64,000 bases of DNA, from assembly GCA_002712305.1 (NCBI GenBank), contig PATE01000063.1:54984-118983 (forward strand). Reading direction: 5' to 3'. A model generated the notes under the pieces. That model did not search any database, was not told where the DNA came from, and worked only from the letters and a program-made list of their open reading frames with translations. Positions 48,884 through 58,112 of the stretch are shown one piece after another. Each line of letters starts with the position of its first letter. Position 1 is the first letter of the stretch. The position numbers were made by a program, and so were the translations under genes. The DNA is from Gemmatimonadota bacterium. GTDB lineage: Bacteria; Latescibacterota; UBA2968; UBA8231.

Positions 48884-49156
48884 ATGGCGATGGTCTGGAT
48901 TCCCGCGCCCTGGCGAGAGAAACTGACGCAGGGTCAACAGCAGGTCGATGTCGAGGGAGCCACAGTGCGGCAGGTGATCGAGGCCCTCGATGCACGTTTT
49001 CCGGGGATGCGGCAGAGAATCATCGATCCGGAACACGATCGAATTCGGCACGATATCGCCGTCTCCGTCGATGGCGAGATCTCTGTCGAAGGTCTACGAC
49101 GCAAGGTCGGTGAAACCAGTGAGGTCCACTTCCTGCCTGCCATGGCGGGCGGCTGA
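48884..49156 (+). CDS. MoaD/ThiS/CysO-family ubiquitin-like sulfur-carrier protein
   Basis: Trimmed to the ATG at 48884. ~90 aa, ends ...LPAMAGG with a C-terminal Gly-Gly; aligns to the MoaD/CysO pattern. Confidence 0.75.
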   Translation: MAMVWIPAPWREKLTQGQQQVDVEGATVRQVIEALDARFPGMRQRIIDPEHDRIRHDIAVSVDGEISVEGLRRKVGETSEVHFLPAMAGG

Positions 49157-49183
49157 GGCACGCCAGGAACCCTAAAGAAAACG

Positions 49184-49211
49184 GGCCCCGCGAAATCGAA
49201 TCGTGGGGCCC
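49184..49211 (-). terminator. stem-loop GGGCCCC-N14-GGGGCCC with T-run on the minus strand (terminator of the ugd...dut operon)
   Basis: On the minus strand the stem is followed by gttttcttt; sits between the convergent dut and MoaD-like genes. Confidence 0.5.
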
Positions 49212-49243
49212 TCACCTTTGCCCTTCGGCAGAGTCCATTGAGG

Positions 49244-49690
49244 TCAAGTGCGTCCGGTGGAGCCGAAACCTCTCTCGCCTCGTCGCGTGTCTCCCAACTC
49301 ATCGACCAGCTCCCATTCTGCTCGGGTCACCGGCGCGAACACGAGTTGGGCGATGCGCTCACCCGGTTCGATCACCTGCTCTTGTCCAGATAGATTCACC
49401 AGGATGACCCCCACGTCGCCCCGGTAGTCGGCATCGATCGTGCCCGGCGCATTGAGCACCGTGAGTCCACGTTTGAGGGCCAAACCGCTGCGGGGCCGTA
49501 CCTGACCTTCGTATCCGGTGGGAATCTCAATCTTCAAGCCCGAAGCAATCAACGCACGCTCGCCCGCAGCCAGGGTCAGCGCCTCGGCGAGATGCGCACG
49601 CAGATCCATGCCCGCACTGTCGATCGTTTCGTAGGCGGGCAGGGCTCCTTCGGTCTCTTGTACAACACGCACACGAATTACTGTGCTCAT
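49244..49690 (-). CDS. dut: dUTP diphosphatase
   Basis: Trimmed to the ATG at 49690. AGMDLRA, RSGLALKRG, GTIDADYRG, C-terminal RGERGFGSTG motifs. Confidence 0.9.
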   Translation of the reverse strand: MSTVIRVRVVQETEGALPAYETIDSAGMDLRAHLAEALTLAAGERALIASGLKIEIPTGYEGQVRPRSGLALKRGLTVLNAPGTIDADYRGDVGVILVNLSGQEQVIEPGERIAQLVFAPVTRAEWELVDELGDTRRGERGFGSTGRT

Positions 49691-50901
49691 CGCGAAGCCA
49701 CGTGCTGACTGTATTCGACTCGCCAACGAGCGCGCAGTGCCGACACATAGGTGGCGGCGAGCACATAGAAGATGGAGGCGAATAGACTCAAGGTAGCGGC
49801 GATGAGGACCATCAGCAGACGGCGCGGCCCTGCGGGCTTCTCCGGTACCATGGCGTGATCGAGTACCTGAATCGTAGACGTCGTGTTGCTCGCCTCGATA
49901 AGGGATTCGGCCTTCTGCTCCAACAACATCTTCATCAATGCGCCCTGGACAAGCACGTCCTTCTCGATGTTCGCATACTCCTGCGATACGGAGGGGATGT
50001 CGCGCAACGGCAGGAACAGATTCTCTGAACCGAAGACCTGAGAGATAGGCGAGTCGCCGACGGGGTCCATCACCGATGCATCGCCATCGCGCAGATAGCG
50101 TAAAGCCAACTGTCGATTCTGCGCTTCCTTTTGTAATCGGCGGACGTCTGGGTGTGACTCGCCAAAACCGGACTGCATCAGACTGAGTCGTTTGATGATC
50201 AGTTCCATGAACGCCATCTGCATTTCGGCGGCTGTGCGGATCGTCGCCCGCGCCTGGTCCGCCAAGGAGATCGCGTTGTGCTCTTCCTGGAAGACCTGCA
50301 ACTGCTGCATCGCGTCCTGCAGCTTCACGTCCTCGCGCTCCTCTAACAGCGAGATGAACTCAAAGCGTTCCTGGGCCGATTCGTTCGACAACAGCTGATT
50401 GGTCGTGTCCAGATAGATGACATACTGATTGGCCATGTCCGTGGCTTGCTGAGGATCACGATCGGTGACGGAGATCATGATCGTGCCCTCTTCGCTTTTG
50501 CCGATCTCCGTTCGTCGTTCGAGTGCCTCCAATGCATCTTCGATGCCTTCGGTCTTGTATACTTTGGTCAGGTCGAATCGATCCACCATTTTTCGCCGCA
50601 TGGTGGGACTCTTGAGAATGGCAACGAAGATGTCCGCAGGTGTGCCCTTCTCTCCCAATCGCAGAGACGGAATCGGAAGGGCGGATAACAGCTCCGCGAA
50701 GCCGAATCCCTTCTTCGCTTCCTTCGGGGGCAACAGCTGGACAACACTCTTGTATTCGTCTTCCAGCAACAGGCTCAGGGCGCCCGTGGTGACGCTGACG
50801 ATGAGGGTTCCCACGACGATCATCCGCCACCCGGAGACGAGGGCGGTAATCAGATCGAGAATGCTGACGTCTTGGCGTTCGGTGCTCTGTGTCATGGTCA
50901 A
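49687..50901 (-). CDS. polysaccharide chain-length determinant / co-polymerase (Wzz/GumC-like PCP, no kinase domain)
   Basis: N- and C-terminal TM helices flanking a coiled-coil periplasmic domain; 4-nt overlaps with both neighbouring genes. Confidence 0.7.
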   Translation of the reverse strand: MTMTQSTERQDVSILDLITALVSGWRMIVVGTLIVSVTTGALSLLLEDEYKSVVQLLPPKEAKKGFGFAELLSALPIPSLRLGEKGTPADIFVAILKSPTMRRKMVDRFDLTKVYKTEGIEDALEALERRTEIGKSEEGTIMISVTDRDPQQATDMANQYVIYLDTTNQLLSNESAQERFEFISLLEEREDVKLQDAMQQLQVFQEEHNAISLADQARATIRTAAEMQMAFMELIIKRLSLMQSGFGESHPDVRRLQKEAQNRQLALRYLRDGDASVMDPVGDSPISQVFGSENLFLPLRDIPSVSQEYANIEKDVLVQGALMKMLLEQKAESLIEASNTTSTIQVLDHAMVPEKPAGPRRLLMVLIAATLSLFASIFYVLAATYVSALRARWRVEYSQHVASR

Positions 50902-52607
50902 ATCGCGCGCACGAGGAGGATGAGGGTCAGCGCTTCAGCGGTGGTACGCATCGTGCCCTGCACGAGGGCCCACCAGTCACGGTATTCTTTTTCGGGGACC
51001 CAGATCTCGTCACCCGGTAAAACGATCAGATTCGCATTGTAGGCTTCTCGCTGACCCGTACGGGCGCGGATCAAACGCGCACCGCCCTTGTCGGCGTCAA
51101 AGGAGTAACCACCGGCTCTTTCGAGATAGTACGCGGCGCGGCGCCCCTCTTCGAAATTGAGGAGGCCCGGCTTGAGGAACTGGCCACTCATGCTCACCGT
51201 GGCTCGTTGCTGCGGCACGTGAATCACGTCCCCGCCTTTGAGCAGGATGTTCTGTGTTTCGTCGCCCTCAAACAACAGCTGAAAGTCGATGGTGAGGCGA
51301 CCCTTCTCTTCACGCTGTTTTGTCTTCAGGTATGCACGCTCTTCCGGAATCAGGTCCGCCAGACCTGTGGCGGCGACGATGTCCTGAAGTCGAGCAAGTT
51401 CGGGATCCTGGATCGCTCGATACTTGGTCCGAATCACGCGTGCCTCCAGGAGGTTGGCTCGGTTCGTTAAACCTCCGGCCTGCTCGATGAAATCCCGAAT
51501 GCGGGTCTTGCCCTCGACAATTCGGTAGCGGCCGGTATAAAGAATCTCGCCGTGGGCATGCACGGTCGGCGTCTGCTGCCAGTCAGAGCGGGAGCGAATG
51601 AACAGCATGTCCTTCGGCTGCAGAGGCACGTGGGCAATGTCGGCACTTGTGTGTAACCGGTCACTATCCTCCGTCACCAGCGGAACCACGGTTATCGAAT
51701 CCGTGCCGGCGACGAAGCGCCAGATCTCCGCGTGGGCGAGGGGCGCACTGCCCGCAACGCCTTGGGCAAGACGCAACAGGTCGCCTACCGTGTCTCCGGC
51801 GCGGAATTCCTGGGAGCCCTCTGCGTTCACGGTACCGTAAACGAAGATCTGATGTTTGCGAAAGCCAACGTGAACGACATCCCCCATCCGCACGTAGGGA
51901 TTCTGTCTGATATCACCGGTAGACAGGAACATGGCCAGATCCACCTCCTCCGCCGACCCATCCTGATGCAGGATCTTCACCGACCGGCGTGCCGTGGGCT
52001 GTTTCGCCACCTTACCGTCGTCCAGAAAACCACCGGCCTTCTCGATGAGGTCAGAGACGCGCGTGACGGGGGAGATAACGTGCGCTCTCTCACTTTCGAG
52101 GACGGCGCCTGTCACATAGGCGGTAAAGAAACGCATGCTCTGCAGCGTCAGTGAGATTTCCACACTCGGATACTTCTCATGGGCCACGTCGCCGATCATC
52201 TGCTTTGCCGTGGCGAGCGTCTTCCCAGCGACCTTAAATGTGCCGATTGTCGGTACCAGGGCCTGTCCCTCGGGATTCACCTCGAACCGAATGTCCTGGT
52301 CGAATTCGCCCCAGATATACAGTTGCAACACATCGCCTGGACCGACGATGTACGTATCTGGGTCGATTTCGCGATCCTGAGCGATCCGCAATCGCTGAAC
52401 ACCCTCGTCCTCCGGCAGGCGCAGCCGGCTGTCCATGCCTTCTGGCATGAAGCCCGGTGTCTTGGTGCCGGGAATGCGTCGGATCTCGGCTTCTTCACGC
52501 TCGCTTTCATCGACGAGCTCTTCCAATTCTTGCGCACCAACGGGGCTGGCGAGGGTGAACAGCACCCCGCAGCCGGCGGCTATGGCGCCGATCCATCGTC
52601 GTCTCAC
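50898..52607 (-). CDS. polysaccharide export protein (Wza-like, Poly_export + SLBB domains)
   Basis: Signal peptide; IVGPGDVLQLYIWGE Poly_export motif; several SLBB-like repeats. Confidence 0.8.
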   Translation of the reverse strand: MRRRWIGAIAAGCGVLFTLASPVGAQELEELVDESEREEAEIRRIPGTKTPGFMPEGMDSRLRLPEDEGVQRLRIAQDREIDPDTYIVGPGDVLQLYIWGEFDQDIRFEVNPEGQALVPTIGTFKVAGKTLATAKQMIGDVAHEKYPSVEISLTLQSMRFFTAYVTGAVLESERAHVISPVTRVSDLIEKAGGFLDDGKVAKQPTARRSVKILHQDGSAEEVDLAMFLSTGDIRQNPYVRMGDVVHVGFRKHQIFVYGTVNAEGSQEFRAGDTVGDLLRLAQGVAGSAPLAHAEIWRFVAGTDSITVVPLVTEDSDRLHTSADIAHVPLQPKDMLFIRSRSDWQQTPTVHAHGEILYTGRYRIVEGKTRIRDFIEQAGGLTNRANLLEARVIRTKYRAIQDPELARLQDIVAATGLADLIPEERAYLKTKQREEKGRLTIDFQLLFEGDETQNILLKGGDVIHVPQQRATVSMSGQFLKPGLLNFEEGRRAAYYLERAGGYSFDADKGGARLIRARTGQREAYNANLIVLPGDEIWVPEKEYRDWWALVQGTMRTTAEALTLILLVRAI

Positions 52608-53617
52608 TTCAGTCGCTCTCCATACTGACGTTTGTAGTAGGCCTGATAGTCATCGCTCGCTTTGATGTCGCGCCACCAGCCTTCATTGTCCACATACCAC
52701 TGAATCGTCCGACGCATCGATTCGGTTACATCTACCTCCGGTTGCCAACCCAATTCGCGAACCTTGGATGAATCGAGGGCGTATCGTTGGTCGTGTCCGG
52801 CGCGATCCTCAACGAACTGCAGCAAGGACTCGGGTTTGCCCAGTTGCTCCAGAATCGCGCGTGCCACTCCGATGCCATTGGCGTCGTTTTCACCCCCCAC
52901 ATTGTAGGCCTCACCGGCGACGCCGTCATGGTACACCAGGTCGATGGCGCTGCAGTGATCGTCCACATACAGATGATCTCGCACCTGAAGCCCGTTGCCA
53001 TAGACCGGCAGTGGTTGATCGTCGATGGCATTGGTGATATATAGGGGGACTCGCTTTTCGGGATACTGGTAGGGCCCAATGTTGTTCGAGGCCCGAGTTA
53101 CCACCGTCTCCAGCCCGTGGGTGATGTGATACGCACGCACGAGCATCTCTGCGCTCGCTTTGCTGGCCGAGTAGGGATTACGCGGCTCAAGAGGGAAATC
53201 CTCGTCCCACGCACCCTCTGCCAACGAACCGTAGACCTCATCGGTGCTGATCTGATGGAACCGGCCAATGTCGTGTTTACGTGCCGCTTCCAACAGAACG
53301 TAGGTCCCATACACATCGGTCTGGACGAACTCTGCACCGCCAAAGATCGAACGATCGACGTGACTCTCAGCGGCGAAATTGACGATGCCGTCACACTCCG
53401 CGACGAGGGCGTCCACGACCTCCACATCGCAGATATCACCATGGACGAAGCGGTATCGTTCGTTCTGATCGAAGTCTTTCAGATTAGCCGGATTTCCGGC
53501 GTAGGTCAGCTTGTCAAGATTGACGATGCGATCGGTGGGATACCGGTTGAGGAAGTAGCGGACGAAATTGCTGCCGATAAAGCCGCTACCACCGGTGACC
53601 AAAACAGTCCTGCTCAA
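52604..53617 (-). CDS. rfbB: dTDP-glucose 4,6-dehydratase
   Basis: VLVTGGSGFIGSNFV, YSASKASAEMLVRAY (YxxxK), DHLYVDDH. Confidence 0.9.
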   Translation of the reverse strand: MSRTVLVTGGSGFIGSNFVRYFLNRYPTDRIVNLDKLTYAGNPANLKDFDQNERYRFVHGDICDVEVVDALVAECDGIVNFAAESHVDRSIFGGAEFVQTDVYGTYVLLEAARKHDIGRFHQISTDEVYGSLAEGAWDEDFPLEPRNPYSASKASAEMLVRAYHITHGLETVVTRASNNIGPYQYPEKRVPLYITNAIDDQPLPVYGNGLQVRDHLYVDDHCSAIDLVYHDGVAGEAYNVGGENDANGIGVARAILEQLGKPESLLQFVEDRAGHDQRYALDSSKVRELGWQPEVDVTESMRRTIQWYVDNEGWWRDIKASDDYQAYYKRQYGERLK

Positions 53618-53648
53618 GACGATCTCCTCACTCAGGTTCGTGCGTCGC

Positions 53649-55022
53649 TTACGTGCGGATGGGGGAGAATCGCCCCGGGATCATCCAGGACGAAGTGTCA
53701 TCGGATTCACCAGGGCTGCGGGAGACACGTCCGACACTGACATACTCAAAACCGAGACGGACCATTTCATGGGGGTCGTAGATGTTGCGGCAATCGAGAA
53801 ACCGATTTGTTGCGGCACAATCGAGGAGCCGGGGCAGATCCATATTGCGGAACTCATTCCACTCGGTCATCAGCACGACGGCATCTGCATCCTGGGCGGC
53901 CGTATAGGGATCCTCACAACAGATGAGGTCCGGATGCTCCTGTTTGCTGTGCTCCATCGCCGCCGGGTCATAGGCTTTCACCGTCGCTCCCGCCTCGATC
54001 AACGAAGCGACCATCTCCAATGCGGGTGCCTCGCGGATATCGTCTGTATCCGGTTTGAAGGACAGCCCCAGCAAACAGATCGTCTTGTTGGAGAAGTCAC
54101 CAACGAGATGGTGCAGTTTGTCGACCATTCGCCGTCGTTGTCGAACATTGCTCGTGTCGATGGCTTCGATCAATGGAGCGTCGACCTCGCCTCGACGGGC
54201 TGTAGCGGCCAGACCTTGAACATCCTTTGGAAAACAGCTGCCTCCATATCCAGCCCCTGCGAACAGGTTGCGTGGACCGATTCGTTCGTCGAGTCCCATA
54301 CCACGCGCTACGGCGGTCACGTCGGCACCGTATGCTTCGCAGACACTGGCGATCTCATTGATGAAGGAGATCTTCGCCGCCAACAGAGCATTCGAGGCGT
54401 ATTTGATCATTTCAGCCGACTGGATGCCCGTCAACACCATGGGCGTGTCGTTCTGATACAGTGGCCGATACACGTCGACGACGGCTTCCATGGCGCGCTG
54501 ACTTCCCGCCCCGATCACGACACGATCGGGGTGCATGAAATCATCGATGGCCGATCCCTCACGAAGGAATTCTGGGTTGGACACAACATCGAAATCGGCG
54601 TCAGGGCGCACCTTGCGGATGATCTGCTCGACTTCGTCCCCCGTTCCGACGGGCACCGTGCTTTTGTTGACGACGATCTTGAAGTCCTCCATGTACTGGC
54701 CGATGGTCCGGGCCGCATTGTGCACGAAGGACATGTCCACCTCGCCTGATGGCAGGGAAGGTGTGCCGACGCAGATGAAGACGATTTCCGATGACTGGAT
54801 GGCAAAGGCGACATCGGAGGAGAAACTGAGCCGTCCGCTTTCACGATTGCGGTCGACCAATTCCTCCAGTCCAGGTTCATAGATGGGCACCTCGCCCGAC
54901 CGCAGCAACTCGACGCGTGTCTCGTCGATGTCGACGGCGACCACAGCGTTGCCGAAGTCAGCCAAGCAGGCACCTGAGACGAGCCCGACATAGCCGGTCC
55001 CCATCACACAGATCCGCCTCAC
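53649..55022 (-). CDS. ugd: UDP-glucose 6-dehydrogenase
   Basis: MRRICVMGTGYVGLVSGACLA; catalytic GGSCFPKD; 457 aa. Confidence 0.9.
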   Translation of the reverse strand: MRRICVMGTGYVGLVSGACLADFGNAVVAVDIDETRVELLRSGEVPIYEPGLEELVDRNRESGRLSFSSDVAFAIQSSEIVFICVGTPSLPSGEVDMSFVHNAARTIGQYMEDFKIVVNKSTVPVGTGDEVEQIIRKVRPDADFDVVSNPEFLREGSAIDDFMHPDRVVIGAGSQRAMEAVVDVYRPLYQNDTPMVLTGIQSAEMIKYASNALLAAKISFINEIASVCEAYGADVTAVARGMGLDERIGPRNLFAGAGYGGSCFPKDVQGLAATARRGEVDAPLIEAIDTSNVRQRRRMVDKLHHLVGDFSNKTICLLGLSFKPDTDDIREAPALEMVASLIEAGATVKAYDPAAMEHSKQEHPDLICCEDPYTAAQDADAVVLMTEWNEFRNMDLPRLLDCAATNRFLDCRNIYDPHEMVRLGFEYVSVGRVSRSPGESDDTSSWMIPGRFSPIRT

Positions 55023-55217
55023 GGCACGATCTCCAATCCGACGAGATGAACAGCAAGAAAGTGAGGGAGAAACAACGACTTAGAAGACTTTAGAATAAGG
55101 ACGACCCCCAGGAGTGTCAACGAATCGGCACGCTCCGATCCGCACAGATGGAGGCCAGCACTCATGTTTCTGAACAGCCTCGATCTTGCCGGATCACTGA
55201 CGCGATCTGCTGCAGAC

Positions 55218-56009
55218 TCAGCGAGGGAAGTCGCGACCGAGGAAACGGACGAAGTTTCGTTCGATGTGCTGCGCCAATACGTCTTCTTCGACGCCCTTGA
55301 GGGCTGCGAGTTTCGTCAACACATCACGAGCGCGCCTCGGATGTCCCGCCTCGCCACCGATGGGCACGGGTGCATCTGTCTCTATCAGCAGCAACGCATT
55401 GTCGATTTCACTCGCGACGTCGGCGGCCTGTTGATCCTGCAGGATCGATGGTCCTACGGAGACGAAGATCCCCGCGTCATTTGTCTGATGCACGAGTCTG
55501 GCGGATTGTGTGAACCAGTGCAGTTGAGCGTGCACTCCCGTATCGCGATGAAAAGCGATGGCTGCGTCCATCACCTGACGAAGGCAACGGCGGGAATGGA
55601 GATTGACAGGGCGTTGAACCCGAGCGGCCAACTCAAAATGGATCTCGAGCATCTTATGTTGAGCCTGTTGCAGCTCCTCATCGACGGCCCACTTGTAGTC
55701 CAATCCGGTCTCGCCAATCTCATCCGCCTCTGCCGCATGGTCGCGCAGAAAACTCACGGATGCGGCCAGTGCCTGGGCCGTCAGGGTGACCACGTTCACC
55801 GGATGAATCCCAAGACCCACCAACACTTGATCCGGGAAACGCGATGCCAGTTCCAGGGCCTGCCGCATCGATCCCTCATCCTGGCCCATGGTGACGACTC
55901 GTCCCACACCGACATCCGTCGCTTCCGACAGAACGGTCTCCGGGTCTTCGAACTGCTCGAGATGGCAGTGGCTATCTGTGATCTGGGAGGATTGCATGCG
56001 GAACGACAC
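55218..56009 (-). CDS. tatD: TatD family metal-dependent hydrolase
   Basis: ITDSHCHLEQ N-terminal metal-binding motif; TIM-barrel hydrolase pattern. The start could be the ATG 12 nt downstream. Confidence 0.8.
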   Translation of the reverse strand: MSFRMQSSQITDSHCHLEQFEDPETVLSEATDVGVGRVVTMGQDEGSMRQALELASRFPDQVLVGLGIHPVNVVTLTAQALAASVSFLRDHAAEADEIGETGLDYKWAVDEELQQAQHKMLEIHFELAARVQRPVNLHSRRCLRQVMDAAIAFHRDTGVHAQLHWFTQSARLVHQTNDAGIFVSVGPSILQDQQAADVASEIDNALLLIETDAPVPIGGEAGHPRRARDVLTKLAALKGVEEDVLAQHIERNFVRFLGRDFPR

Positions 56010-56033
56010 CAGGAGTTCTGCCGGAGCAGCAGG

Positions 56034-57038
56034 CTAACGAGACTCGACCAAGCCGTCAGCCACACCGTCAGACAGTCCAGCGGTTTCCTCTGCGCCGATC
56101 ATCAGGTTCAGACACTGAACGGCGTTGCCAGAGGCGCCCTTTCCCAGGTTGTCCAGCCGTCCCACGAGCACTAACCCGACCTGCGGATCGCCGAAGACGA
56201 ACAGATCCAGCCGGTTGCTGAAGTTGCAGCCACCGAGGTCAAGGTATCTGCCACCACGCAGATGGGCATCGTTGTCGGCCGGGGGCACGACGCGGATAAA
56301 GGGTTCCTGCCCGTATCGTTGTTCCCACACCTCCCACACCGCTTGGGGGCTCGTCGGTCCAGACCACATGGCCTTCGGCACGGGCGTACTGGTGAGCATG
56401 CCGCAGAGGGTGTGATCGACAGAAGGCACGAACAAAGGCGTCGTCGAGGTGCCGCTGAAAGCGCAGATTTCCGCCATGTGCTTGTGGCCACCCTCGAGGC
56501 CGTACAGCGTCAGTGGCCGAGCCCCATCGCCATGGGAACCCGGTGGCAGCGACTGATAGTCCTCGATCATCGATCGACCGCCACCCGAATAACCTGATAC
56601 GGCATTGATCGTCAGAGAAACGTCGTCCGGTAACAGCCCTGCCTCGATCAGTGGGCGCACGGCAAGGAGGAACCCAACGGGATAACATCCACAATTGGCG
56701 ACCCGGTCGGCGTGTTGAATGGCCTGCCGTTGCTGCGGCGACAGTTCGGGCACACCATAAACCCAGTTTTCATCGACGCGCCTGGCCGTGCTGGTGTCGA
56801 TGACGCGCGTGTTTGAGGCGGGTTCCAGCAGCGTGAGGGCTTCAGCGGCCGCCTCGTCGGGAAGGCACAGAATGGCCACGTCGGCCTCGTTGAGGAACTG
56901 CCGGCGCTTCTGCTCGTCCTTGCGCTCCTCCACCGGGATCAGGGCAACATCGAGATCGCCACGATCTGCGAGCAGTTCGCGGATGCGTAACCCTGTAGTA
57001 CCTTCCTGACCGTCGATGAAGATGCGTGGTTTGCTCAT
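56034..57038 (-). CDS. argC: N-acetyl-gamma-glutamyl-phosphate reductase (short type-2 form)
   Basis: 334 aa; DGQEGTTG N-terminus, catalytic Cys in ANCGCYPVG. Confidence 0.85.
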   Translation of the reverse strand: MSKPRIFIDGQEGTTGLRIRELLADRGDLDVALIPVEERKDEQKRRQFLNEADVAILCLPDEAAAEALTLLEPASNTRVIDTSTARRVDENWVYGVPELSPQQRQAIQHADRVANCGCYPVGFLLAVRPLIEAGLLPDDVSLTINAVSGYSGGGRSMIEDYQSLPPGSHGDGARPLTLYGLEGGHKHMAEICAFSGTSTTPLFVPSVDHTLCGMLTSTPVPKAMWSGPTSPQAVWEVWEQRYGQEPFIRVVPPADNDAHLRGGRYLDLGGCNFSNRLDLFVFGDPQVGLVLVGRLDNLGKGASGNAVQCLNLMIGAEETAGLSDGVADGLVESR

Positions 57039-57068
57039 GTCATTCTCCCAGATCAGGCAGATCTGAAA

Positions 57069-57084
57069 ATGAATAAATATTCAT
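57069..57084. promoter_or_regulatory. putative ArgR operator (ARG box) ATGAATAAATATTCAT upstream of argC, with a weaker second half-box 57088..57105
   Basis: Matches the ARG-box consensus TnTGAATwwwwATTCAnt. Lies in an AT-rich 69-bp divergent region between argC and the RluA-family gene. Confidence 0.55.
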
Positions 57085-57107
57085 ATCAATCGAATAAAAA
57101 CTAACTC

Positions 57108-58112
57108 GTGTCTGCCCGAGCGTCAAACCTGCGCGTGGCGGAGCTGCGATCTGAGTGGTCGCCTCGCTGCAATCAGGGATGGATCTACGTCGACCAGATC
57201 ACGACAGAGAACGGGGGTGATCCCGCGATCGATTTCTACGTCGAACGGTATCCCCATTCGGATCGAGAGACGTGGCTCGAGCGTTTCGTCGCCGGACAGA
57301 TACGCAGCGATGAGACCGTCTGTTCAGCAGACATGACCCTGCAGGCGGGGATGACCCTCCGCTACCACCGCCCCGGTTGGGACGAGCCGGCTGCTCCACG
57401 AGATTTTCGTCTGCTCCACGAGGACGACGATCTGGTTGCCGTGGACAAGCCGTCAGGATTGCAGGTATTGCCCGCGGCGATGTTCCTCGAAAACACGCTG
57501 CTCCATGTCGTTCGCGAACGAATAGGTGCCGGAGTGGATCCCGTCCACCGGCTGGGTCGTGGAACTTCTGGCATCGTCGTGTTTGCCAGAACGGATCGAG
57601 CTCGGCGCCAACTTTCTCAGGACCTGAGCGAAGGGCGTATGAAGAAACGGTATGTCGCCCTCGTGCAGGGCAATCCAGCGCCCTCGTTCTCGGTGGACCA
57701 GGCCATCGGTCTGGTGGACTATCCAGGATTCGGCCGTGTCTTTGCCGCTGTGGATACGGGCAAACCATCTATTTCGCATGTGAGAGTGATCGAGCCACGT
57801 CCGGAAACGGATGAAGCTCTGGTAGAGGTGGAGATCCCAACGGGCAGGCCCCATCAGATCCGTATTCATTTGGCTGCCGCCGGACATCCCCTCGTGGGGG
57901 AGCCGCTCTATGAAAGGGGTGGCCATCCGCCGACCGTGGAGCCCAACGATCGTCCGCCGCTACCTGGGGACCTCGGATATCACCTGCACGCTATGCAGGT
58001 TGGTTTTACACACCCCACGTCGAAAGACGCCATGCTGATCGAGTGCGAACCACCCGACATTCTGCGACCAAGGTCAGCGGCAGAACCGCCCCCGGACCAC
58101 GAGCAGGTCTAG
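57108..58112 (+). CDS. RluA family pseudouridine synthase
   Basis: GTG start; LVAVDKPSGL, HRLGRGTSGIVVFAR, RPHQIRIHL motifs. Confidence 0.8.
   Translation: MSARASNLRVAELRSEWSPRCNQGWIYVDQITTENGGDPAIDFYVERYPHSDRETWLERFVAGQIRSDETVCSADMTLQAGMTLRYHRPGWDEPAAPRDFRLLHEDDDLVAVDKPSGLQVLPAAMFLENTLLHVVRERIGAGVDPVHRLGRGTSGIVVFARTDRARRQLSQDLSEGRMKKRYVALVQGNPAPSFSVDQAIGLVDYPGFGRVFAAVDTGKPSISHVRVIEPRPETDEALVEVEIPTGRPHQIRIHLAAAGHPLVGEPLYERGGHPPTVEPNDRPPLPGDLGYHLHAMQVGFTHPTSKDAMLIECEPPDILRPRSAAEPPPDHEQV

Noticed and set aside
55164-56174. 336-aa plus-strand ORF overlapping tatD and argC
   Set aside because: Antisense shadow ORF. Both tatD (DSHCHL motif) and argC (catalytic Cys motif) are well supported on the minus strand.
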